From NCBI GenBank assembly GCA_000934665.2, contig KZ539380.1:1-64000 (forward strand): a stretch of DNA of 64,000 nucleotides, in the 5' to 3' direction. The translations under genes were made by a program, and so were the position numbers. Positions 11,601 through 21,145 of the stretch are shown here, in pieces; position 1 is the stretch's first letter, and every line of letters begins with the position of its first letter. The stretch comes from Catajapyx aquilonaris. Its lineage: Eukaryota. Below the pieces are notes generated by a model that was not told the origin of the DNA, did no database searches, and worked only from the letters and a program-made list of their open reading frames with translations.

Positions 11601-12056
11601 GTTTGCCATTTAAAAAAAGTATATAACAGGAATACAGGATACGAGACGGCTAGGCTCAAACTAGTCGTCGCTGGCTACGCCATTTATGGGATTATGCCAT
11701 GATGTTATGTATGTATCTAACAGGAAGTGCATGTTTATTTTGAATTAGCGATCATTTTAGGCATTGTTCAAAGAATGATTGTATAGCCAATACATTGAAA
11801 AGTATTTATATAAAAATTAATAAAAATTAAAATATGGTGCGGGGTCCTAAAAGACCCCACGGCATGGTTCCATGGTTAACAGTTTTTATGCATAAGTTGA
11901 TGCTTGTTGGAATTTGCTCAATTGTAATGCATATTTCATATTCAGCTGAACACTCCAACTGGTGGTTGGCGCAAGAAGACCAACCATTACGTGGAGGGCG
12001 GGGACTTCGGCAACCGTGAAGAATACATCAACAACCTACTCCGCCGCATGGTGTAA
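5639..12056 (+). CDS. RPL7: 60S ribosomal protein L7 (uL30), 268 aa
   Basis: Exons 5639-5652, 5903-6062, 9053-9228, 9289-9379, 10377-10533, 10989-11086, 11946-12056 (807 nt). Motifs [109 protein letters not shown]. Intron 4 is GC-AG. AATAAA at 12090-12095. Confidence 0.97.
6494..6951 (-). mobile_element. tRNA-derived SINE with 17-bp TSD, interrupted by a snoRNA cassette
   Basis: Minus strand: A box TGGCCGAGTAG, B box GAGTTCGATCC, core TCTCCATGTTCGCGTGGGTTTTCTCGGGGTTCTCCCGTTTCCTCCCAC, and an AT-rich (TTA)n-like tail. Direct repeat TACTTTCTTAGAGTTAA at 6477-6493 and 6952-6968. Confidence 0.85.
6705..6794 (+). ncRNA. C/D-box snoRNA, SNORD55/U55-like (duplicate copy inside the SINE)
   Basis: Box C ATGATGA 6720-6726, D' CTGA, C' GTGATGT, guide ACCTTGGAGA, box D CTGA 6777-6780, terminal stem CATGTGAGAGTCT/AGATTCTCACATG. 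The snoRNA body is identical to the intron-4 copy. Confidence 0.8.
7937..8325. mobile_element. hAT-type MITE with long (~110-bp) inverted arms
   Basis: Ends CAAGGTG...CACCTTG. Arms GGATTAGGTGAGCTCG...GCAGACT / AGTCTGC...CGAGCTCACCTAATCC. Perfect 8-bp TSD CTGTTAGA at 7929-7936 and 8326-8333. Confidence 0.85.
8459..8965. mobile_element. TTAA-targeting MITE (Kolobok-like, GG...CC termini)
   Basis: TTAA on both flanks (8455-8458, 8966-8969). TIR GGGGGCGCAT(T/G)AGTAAAAA. Internal ~210-bp direct duplication (CGCAGGGCACCTTCGGCGT near 8649 and 8861). Superfamily inferred from TSD and termini only. Confidence 0.75.
9426..9515 (+). ncRNA. C/D-box snoRNA, SNORD55/U55-like (RPL7 intron 4, probable source copy)
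   Basis: Box C ATGATGA 9441-9447, D', C', box D CTGA 9498-9501, 13-bp terminal stem. Guide ACCTTGGAGA is antisense to the conserved 28S segment GGUCUCCAAGGU. Also carries the ATGCTGCA element recalled from vertebrate U55. Confidence 0.85.
9610..9713. mobile_element. Small MITE-like inverted repeat (22-bp perfect TIR)
   Basis: TGGTATCAACAGTTCAAAAAGA (9610-9631) and its reverse complement (9692-9713). No clear TSD. Confidence 0.6.
10843..10918 (+). ncRNA. C/D-box snoRNA in RPL7 intron 5 (divergent U55-like paralog)
   Basis: Box C GTGATGA 10850-10856, D' CTGA 10873-10876, C' TTGATGG, guide ATCTCGGAGA, box D CTGA 10909-10912, stem GAGCTC/GAGCTT. Ends about 70 nt upstream of the 3' splice site, the usual intronic position. 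Confidence 0.75.
11525..11875. mobile_element. piggyBac-like MITE in RPL7 intron 6
   Basis: TTAA TSD (11521-11524, 11876-11879). About 35-bp imperfect TIR CC(C/A)TGGAACC(G/A)TG(G/C)CGTGGG(C/G)TCTTTT. Confidence 0.8.
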
Positions 12057-12124
12057 TATCTTTGCAGGAGAGCTGGAAGCTAAACAGCCAATAAAACACA
12101 TGTCCCATACTTGATAACATGTTT

Positions 12125-14550
12125 TTAATCCTCCTCTTCACCTTCCCCCTCTTCCTCCTCCTCACTCTCTTCGTCCCGTTCCAGCATGTTATACATGACA
12201 GACTGATCATCATCCACAGAGGCATAAACAACCGTTTTTGCTACAGTACTAGCTAGACGACCATGCCTTGACATTTCAATTGTGCCCAGTGGTTGATGAT
12301 CATCACGGCAGATAATTATGTAGTCAGCATGTCCCAAGCGAGGGTCCTGCTTGTATGCCAAAAAGTCCCCTCCAAACTTGATCCCAGGCGTGAGGTATAA
12401 ATGTTGTTCCCACAAGTCACAGAATACACGGAAACGAAGTCGCTCCCTGGAGGTTGAAGGGAAGGTCCACTCAGGAGGCTCCAATTGGTATGGATTGGCC
12501 CATGGGTACTCTGAAAGAGTAAGGGAATTTTTTGAAGTATTGGGAAGAAGTTCAAACAAGTGAAATTGCACAGGTTGGTGGTTCACAAAACATTTGACTT
12601 TTCATCATGAAAGAATGCTGTTATTACAATGACAAGTTCGACTTTAGACAAGTGGCAGCACATTATTTTGCAGGTGTTTCGAGTCCATTCAACAAAAGAA
12701 CTATTTGAGGTCACGTTCAGTCCTGCCTCCACCCGTCTCTTCCTTCCTCTCGTCCCCAAATCGCTTTGCAAGCATACTACTGCATATGCTTGGAAAACAC
12801 AGCTGGTGTGACATCAGATCGTTCCTTTGTTTAACAGACTACACATGTCTCGGCCCCTACCAACATAATATGTCTGTGATAAAAATTTCAAAATCATTTG
12901 GAATGATAAAACTTGAACATACCCAAGCGAAAATCCACGAATGCATTCTCTCTGATGAGCTGGTCTGTCTTTTTCATCTCTACTTCCAAAATGGAAGTTA
13001 CGTCCAAATCTGCGGCTTCTGAACTTGTTGCTTCATCTTCCTGGGTACCTATTTAGATCAGAAATTATTATCCCACCATCTACTTCCAAGTGTCCCCTGA
13101 GCCAACTGACCTCCCTCCACAATTTTCTTTCTCCTTTTCTTTCTTTTCCCTTCCCTAATTTTTTCCATCATTCCTTGCAGCTGAGTCTTCCTTTTCTCTC
13201 TGTGCATGTCAATCTGTTGCTGAACGTTCCTATCCTGCTCTTCTTTTGCTTTTTGCTGCATTTCTTCTGAGGGTGCCTTCAGTAAGGAAGGTTGATGTAC
13301 CAGGCGAGCTATTCCCTTCAACTTGAGAAGATACGCCTCTTCTGGCATCAGCAGGAGTGGGAGGGCAGCCCTAGAGCTATGTTGGTCATGGACTGGTCCC
13401 ATTGGGCTGCCTATGATGCGATATTTCTTACGGAGAGTGTTTTTGTCTACAAATAAAGGTACGAAATTGACCACTTATCGTGTGAAGAGAAAGCAAAAAA
13501 AACAAAACAACAACAACAACAACAACAACAAATTTCAAAAGAATGCCCCAAAGAGGATGCCTGAATTAAAATAGCATCATCCCTTGGCCTATGCTAAGAA
13601 CAAAATACAGGAAGTCCCTGGGTTAGGAATTACCAGACTTACGGCAACCTGTACTAACGAATGGGCTCCCAAGGCAATATATGATTATCCCTCCACTATC
13701 AATCACTTCTGTGTATGTAGACCAACACCAAATTCTACCTAAATACTGTAATTCGGAAGCTACTTTCTTCTGCACATGTAAACAAACACACATGACTTAA
13801 GACGTAAGTGGTTCTTTGGGGTAGCATCTTTACACTAGCTGTTATTATTATTCTTACCGTATATGAAAAGTTAATCAGGCGTCTGAGTTACATACTAATC
13901 CAACTCACAGACATTCTGAGGAACAACCATGTTCGTGTAGACTGGTACTTCTTGTACATCCATTTTGGCTATGAGGCGTTACATGTGGCAAAAGCAGCAA
14001 ATAAGTTTTAATTATGCAACAATTTGTTGTATAGGGTATATTGGGGTATATCCTGTACTAACTGTAGAATGTACTACTATCTAACATCCCTACTTGACTG
14101 GTGCCAGGCCCTGCAAATATTTCCTATGCCACCAAAGCTAACAGAATCAAAACATAATAATTGCCAAAAAGTGATGCCCGCTCAATTTCAGAAGTTACGT
14201 AGGCCTACTCTGTTTTAGTCTGATACTTTGAACAGGCTGAGAGATCGCCTTGCATGATGCAAATGGGGAGGTACTGGCCACACACACCAATTTAATTCCA
14301 AATATCATTTGGCTGCAATGTGCTTGAACGACTGTTGCAATATGCATGGATGAAATGCATGGCACTGTTTCGGCCCCAAAAAATTCTTGTTGCACAGCAC
14401 AACGCTGCATTAAATAGCGAAAAGAAGACAAGTGTTACCAGTAGCGTTCCAAACCAGCGGCATCCCATGAGAGACATGAACGTCGATCATGTTTCTGGCC
14501 TTGAAAGGCATGCCTTCCCCGAGCTTTGCTGCACTCACAGTAGCCGCCAT
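12125..14550 (-). CDS. TSEN34: tRNA-splicing endonuclease catalytic subunit Sen34, 319 aa
   Basis: Exons 14439-14550, 13111-13446, 12923-13048, 12125-12510 (960 nt, GT-AG). N-terminus ...MIDVHVSHGMPLVWNATDKNTLRKKYRIIG...LPLLLMPEEA. Catalytic region KFGGDFLAY...GHADY...GRLASTVAKT (Tyr/His/Lys triad). In-frame alternative start at 14490. Confidence 0.92.
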
Positions 14551-14800
14551 TTTGACAGCAATGCTACCAATCGTCTCTCACTCTCATGACCTCCGATGGC
14601 AGTGTGTGTTGGCATCCTGCAACTATTCTCCCGCTTCCCGGTTCCCGCTTCCCGCCATTTCAGACCCTACTTGGCCGTCTCTCTCTCTCGTCGGTTGTGT
14701 CCCGTGTCCGCTCCTGATTCCTCGCCCGTGCGTGTCACGAATGCCGGAGCAATATTCCAGGAGTGTGCCGATGCCGTGCCGAGTCAACCGCTCCAGCTCT
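14540..14800. promoter_or_regulatory. CpG-rich TSEN34 promoter with YY1-type motif
   Basis: GCCGCCATTTTG at 14543-14554 overlaps the start codon. Local CpG enrichment and TTCCCGC repeats at about 14628-14657. Confidence 0.5.
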
Positions 14801-15643
14801 TCTCTGGATCAGTGAAGTGCTGGGTGCACGAGGGGTGAATGTGTGGTGATATGGCCTTTATTATGTGGTGGCGAGGGATCAGCTGGTGGTGGTGTTTCCC
14901 AGGGCCAGGATCATGCCTTGTTGTGGATTGGGGAGATTGAGGAGGACCCTTGCAGATCACTGCACAGGAGCTCATCACATTCAGCGAGTCAATGTGGGGC
15001 AGATTTAATCAACTGAGGTCGTGCAACGTTACCTGAGAGGAACTGCAACAATTTTATATCGCTTGTGGTGGCTGACTCCCCAAGGTATTGTTTCAGTTTT
15101 TACAAGTATTTACCTTCATTCTTTCTGCATTATAAAATGGAATGTGTGGGCTAAACCGCCTTCAGGCAGGAGGGCATCTTCTTGAATAAACATTGTTATT
15201 GTGATTAAATTGTCAGCTGGACCAACTTATGCTCCATAATAGCCTTGTAGATAGGAAACTGCAGCAACACCCATCTTGGCAGCAGTAGTCAATATTTTTG
15301 TGATCCCCATTACTGTTTCCATCAGATCACGACACTTCATTGGCAGGAGTGGCATTCAGATAAGGTGGTGGGTGAAAGCTGCCTTTAAACAAAAAATGCA
15401 GCTTATTGCTCACAGGGTAAAATTATGAGTGCTTTTTTAAGGGTGGAGTACAGTAATAATCTTGCTATGTAATACATGCTGCATGAAAATGGTAACAAGA
15501 ATAATCATTAGCATATGATTGCATCCCAATGATATATTTTTCTCCTTTTTACATATTTTGACAACAATTATTTCAACCACACAATGGTCCCTGTCAATTT
15601 GGTACTGGAAACTTTTAAAAGTTATGCATGCCCAAGGACATCT

Positions 15644-18141
15644 TTATACCTTTTCTGTGCCATGAGACCAGTTTGGTTTCCTTTTTTCCACAAAACTTTG
15701 GATTCCTTCCTGCCCATCCTTCAGTTCCAAATTGCCCACCATAACATCTTCTCCACTTCTAGAAAGTGAATAAGAAGTAAGAGGAATCTTGCATCACGAG
15801 AGACCAGTAGCAATCATTGACAAACCTGTATGCAGACACCACATCTTGCTCAATCTGCTGATAGAAGAACTTCTTGCCCAGCTCCACAACAGAGCGACTC
15901 TTTGATTTAATGGCATTCACAGCTTCATCCACTTTCTTATCTGGAACATTAAAAATAATGTCAATTTTATGGATTTTTCAATGTTCGTAATGGAGAATCG
16001 CCTATTTACCTAGCTGGTCTTCTGGCACCACATGGCTGACTAGACCTGCTTGCAAGGCTTCTTGAGCATTGATACTCAGACCAGTCAGAAGCATGTATGA
16101 CGCAACCTTCTGTGGAACTGCTCTGGCTACAGCAATTCCTGGAGTTGAACAAAATAGGCCAAAGCTTGCACTGTAGAAAAATGCACCAGTTTACAAAAAT
16201 ATTTCTATTGAAACTATTGCAAAAGATGTTTTAGCATCTTTTCATGATTTTGGAATACATTAGCTTATAAAAACTGATCCCATGTTGGCAATTTATTTGG
16301 ACTGCCACTTACCCTGGGGTTAAGAACTGGGCATGTTCAGAAGCAATTACAATGTCACAGGTTGCAACCAATTGGCAGCCAGCTGCTGCTGCCATTCCTT
16401 GCACTTTTGCAATTACTGGTATTGGCATCTTCATGATTTGCTGCATCAGAGAGGAGCAAGTAGAAAATATTTGCTTGTGCTGTTCTTTGCCATCTTTGGA
16501 AGTCTGGAAAGAGTTTGCGTTAAACATATTGTGCATTACGGGAAATATGTCAGCCCCATTGTGAGTAATTCACATTATTACCAATTCTTTTAAGTTGTGA
16601 CCTGAAGAAAAAACTGGGCCTTGTGCAGCAAGTATTACACACCTTACGGACTTGTCTTGCTCTGCTTTGAACAATTGTTCCCTTAAGGTTTCCAACATGC
16701 GCAGGGACAGAGCATTTCTGGGAGAAGAGATAGTATTACTGTGCAAGAGTAATAATTGAAGGGTATGGTGCAAGAAGGGGATATATCCACTTTCGGTAAA
16801 ATTCACTTTATGGGGTGCTGCTATTGAAAGAAACTGCTGGATTCTTTGGTACAAGTCAGCTGGCATGCCCTAGTTTACAGGCGGATGACTTATTCAATAA
16901 ATAGGCCCTGCCATGACATGACAAATAATTTTTTCAGTAATGCATTTCAAGGAACACTAATGCTTAATTAGGGCCGGTTGCACCAGTCGCGGTATATGGA
17001 AAACGGCTGGTTTTGACTCCGGTATACCGCGAGAAGTGTTGCGCCACCTACGGTTTTTCTAAAACGGCCCGTTCTCCCTCCCATCTACCGCCGGATCCAT
17101 CTACCCGCCGATCCTGCAGCACAAGTTGCTTATACCGCGGGTTTATGGTGTCGTCATGGTGCTAGGGATTTCGTGTACTGTGTGACACCAGGTGGCAACC
17201 CTGCCGCATGGTTGCCGTAGATACTAGTCGAATAGCCATACTTCCATGACGTCACGGATTGCGTCACGGGTGCTGCGATCCAATCAGCGCTCTCCAAAAT
17301 TTTTGCCCGCTTACGTCTCTCATGGGCCAGCGTACTACCGAAAACCCCCCGTTTATCTGGACCGGTGCAACGCTATGGAATAAACCCGCGGTTTTTCATG
17401 GCATATACCGTGTACCCGCGGTGCAGGGTTCTTCCATATACCGTCCCATATACCGCGACTGGTGCAACCGGCCCTTAATCTACTTAGTTACCGAGTCTTA
17501 ACATCTGCAAGGGTGATTGTTGTCACTTGGTCAATGTTGGCGCATGTAGTCAGGTTCCTCGCCTGCAGAGAGAGATTACCAGATTCAGATATATTTCAAC
17601 AATGACAGTGATAATTATTATTATCATCACAATTATTAACTAAAGCATATTTAGACAGAGAATATCACTGTCTTTGTATCACAAGTCTTATTTCATTGCT
17701 GATATTGCTGACAATAATTGCTCTCCATATCCTGTCGCTGAATACACTTTAGTAGGTGCCTAGGTATTGGGTAGGCTCTTCAAGGCTCTCTAGGTAGGTG
17801 GTGCTGATACAGCAGGCATGATTTATGATTTGGATACCTTGCATACTTCACTTTAACCTTTGCTCATTTATGATATTTTCATTTATTACTTGTTCGAGTG
17901 TACGTATCCTGAGGTTGCAGGCTATTTCCTTCCTTTCTGATTCCTTTTCACAGTAATTTACACCTGAATACATAGCAGTGATTGATAAGCTATGCTACAG
18001 TACAAATGCGACAGATGTTCATGTTGTTACCAAGTTTAGTTTTATTATTATTAGACTTGCCTTCCTCCATCCCTGTGCAGTCGTATGCCTCCCGTTCCTC
18101 AGGATCGACGACGAGAGGTGACTAAGGCTGTGACCCAGCAT
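15644..18141 (-). CDS. ECHDC3: Enoyl-CoA hydratase domain-containing protein 3, mitochondrial, 289 aa
   Basis: Exons 18061-18141, 17492-17562, 16582-16717, 16313-16503, 16010-16170, 15826-15940, 15644-15758 (870 nt). Motifs [73 protein letters not shown]. Ser/Arg-rich acid-free N-terminus. Intron 1 is modelled as GC-AG. Confidence 0.92.
16971..17474. mobile_element. PIF/Harbinger (Tourist-like) MITE in ECHDC3 intron 2
   Basis: 29-bp perfect TIR GGGCCGGTTGCACCAGTCGCGGTATATGG and 3-bp TTA TSD (16968-16970, 17475-17477). Confidence 0.85.
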
Positions 18142-19479
18142 TGCAGGTCTCAAATTTAGAGGTCAAGTGCTGCGCGTGTCTCCTGCTGGGCATCTATCTA
18201 GGAAGGCAAGCAAGCTCGATGAAACAGTTCCGAATAATCCGCCAGTGGCGCTGAAGAGCAAACATCTCTCGTTTGGAGTGCATATTTGAAGCTAGCTATG
18301 GTTCCATCTGGTGAGCAGGTGGCAACTCCCTCCTGGTGGTGGTTCCCAGGGTGGTTCCTTCTGATCATCTTCTGATACAGTACCGAACTGCTGGATTGAT
18401 TTATTTCAATTCATATCTTTCGCGCCATAGTTCGGTTCATTTGGTCTAGAAATTCTACTTTCTCTCAACTGACCTCTCGAAGGTTTTATTCATTTTTTGT
18501 GATGGAGCACTCCCTATTTAGAGAGAGGGGGGCAGTCTAAGGGGAAGGAAAAGGGATAGTGCAGTGGCAGTGTGTGGTAAATTACGAGTACTGTATATGA
18601 ATATTCCCCGTGCGTTTTACTACTGTATTCCTGACCAATGCTTTCGCTCCTGCTATTTTATTGCTATAATTAACCTGGCTATAGTGTATATTCTCATGGC
18701 ATATCATATAGCACTTGTAAGTGTCGATTCTACACTAATTAGAAAATAGGACGAGATTTCTCTGCCACAATCTGGTTGATCCGACATATAATGTGTTTAT
18801 TGCCCCGCCCTGGGCCAGTTTGCCGTATGGGCGGGGGATCCGACATATAGAATTGATGTCAGATTGAATATGTTGCATACATGGCTATTTAACCAATCAA
18901 CATTGTAAGTTACGTTACAGCTCTGATTCCGTGTCAGATATAGCAATTTTTTGAAGTCGTTGCATGATGTCGATATTTTCCTACATATTTTACCATCATC
19001 AGTTACATAATCTGCCCGACTGAAAAGCTCATTTTTCTGACGTGATTTTTTTTTTAAAGTCAGGCAACTTATACAGTGTTGCAATTGAAATGTCAGCTTG
19101 AGTGAGCCATTTTTGGAACTGAATGGCTTATTTTTTGGCAGTTACTCTTGAGTAGTTACTTTTAATGGCTATCAATATTATCAGTAATACTAATACAGTA
19201 GGTGGGAAAGAGGACATTGGCGGGCTTTCTGCAATATTGGTAGTGTTTGGACATGGTTAGTGTTTGACATTACATTTTTCAATAATTGAATAGTGATTTC
19301 ATATAGTGCCTTGATTCCGATATTTAGAGACGCGCGCGAAACGTGTATCGGTAATTATTCTACTGTGAAGATGAGTAGTGCGCCTGAATTATCTTAATTT
19401 TCAGCAAAACCGGTTTGTGTATGTCTGTATGAGATGTACAGTATGTACTACACCAGGTATACTGTGCAAGAGCTGTATA

Positions 19480-19704
19480 CAGGATGTTCCAAATTCGTGG
19501 TCGTTTTTAAATAACTCATATCGCCCGAGAGTAGTTATTTTTTGTATAGCTTGTTGTGCCCCTAACCAGCAGTTCCCTCATTACTCGAATATAGCAGTTG
19601 CTATAAAATGGGGTACGTGGTTAGGGGCACAACAAGCTAGAAAAAATAACTGTAATCGGGCAATATCAGTTATTAAAAACGACCCACGTATTGGGAACAC
19701 CCTG
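19480..19704. mobile_element. Tc1/mariner-type MITE, nearly fully palindromic
   Basis: TA|CAGGATGTTCCAAATTCGTGG ... CCACGTATTGGGAACACCCTG|TA with ~90-bp arms. Same family as 31466-31649. Confidence 0.8.
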
Positions 19705-20858
19705 TATATATGCAGTATATTTATCCCTCTGCTGCCCGTTATTAATGCGAGATTATTTTTCACTAATGCCTCTGTTCGACCAAACATTACCGACACTATT
19801 TTGTTGTAAATCTGAAAGATTATCATAATGGATGTTTTATTTAGACATGCAGGCTAGCATCGGATAATCGCCGAAAAGAGTGGATATTTACAGGGTGGAG
19901 GTAGTCTACTGGGATAACATTGGGCGAATTGGGCTGTGCTGCGTGAGTTATGAAAATATTGCTGCAGTAAAAAAAAAACAACGCAACAGCATATCTGCAC
20001 ACGAGACGAAGGTCGAGTTAAACCTGCGGTTAGCCTGCAGGATGGTGTCTCTTTTAAAAAAGCAATGGTCATATGTTATGTTAACCAAAGAGAATCTCTT
20101 CAAGGGAATATTTGTGTTACTGTAATAGGAGATTGTTGCAAGTTGGCATGTAGTGTGGTGTGATCAAAGATAGCATGTAGACTACTGTACTGTACTACGG
20201 GCATGTTCTTGTGAAAAGAAATAAGGCGGAGATAACATTCTTTAAATGCCTTCATTAGTGTGACGGCGCGGAATGTGCCATAAACTTACAGCCATAAAGT
20301 TAATTCATATTTGGGGAAGCAAATAGCACTGCCGCACACTGTTCATATCTTAGTACGGTACCGGTACCCTATAGACTGGACAGAGGAGGGCACTTGGCCA
20401 TGTGGTAAATAATTGTTTGCTTGTAATATTTTAGATACGTTGCCATGATAGTTGCCTTGAGTTATACCTCATAGATCCTCCTGCACATGGTGCAATACAT
20501 TGGAACCGTTCCCTTTGCGCCGTATATTATTCACTTGTCCCTTTTAAAATTTTCTTCGCAGTGATTTCTTTATTTATAAAATTTCTGTAAATGCCATGTT
20601 GATAGAGTTCACTTACTATTTGACCACGTTCCTAAGGAAGAGGTTTATAACTTGTACCGCTATTTCGATAAAGAGAGTGTATGGTGTAACTGTGTAGGCT
20701 GGGTTCATGGTATCAATGAGTGGATTTCTTTGTTTTTGTGGAGGTCGGTGGAGGTGTTCCATTTTCTATTCACCTTTCACTCTTGAATCAAATTTACACA
20801 TCTTTGCTCTGAGTTTGTCCCTAAAAGAGCGCCATCCTCCAACGGAGTTCCAAGTAAG

Positions 20859-20891
20859 TTAATTAATTAATTAATTAATTAATTAATTAAT
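20859..20891. repeat. (TTAA)n microsatellite
   Basis: About 8 tandem TTAA units. Confidence 0.9.
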
Positions 20892-21145
20892 AGGTAAGTC
20901 ACCGTCGCTGTCCAGACTGTAGGGCCTTTTAAACTGGAAAACGCGTATACCAAACAAATATTTTAGCTCCTTTTCTATAGGTGTGCAATACACACATGAC
21001 AGTGACCATAATTTATTATGTTTGTAACGTTTATTTCTACATGTCGATAGGAAAATAACGTATCCTCTTTTTTCTTAGGGATGGGAGGATGATTTGCGGA
21101 TGAAAGTGTTTGTACACCATGCGTTCTTTTGGCACAAAAGCACTG

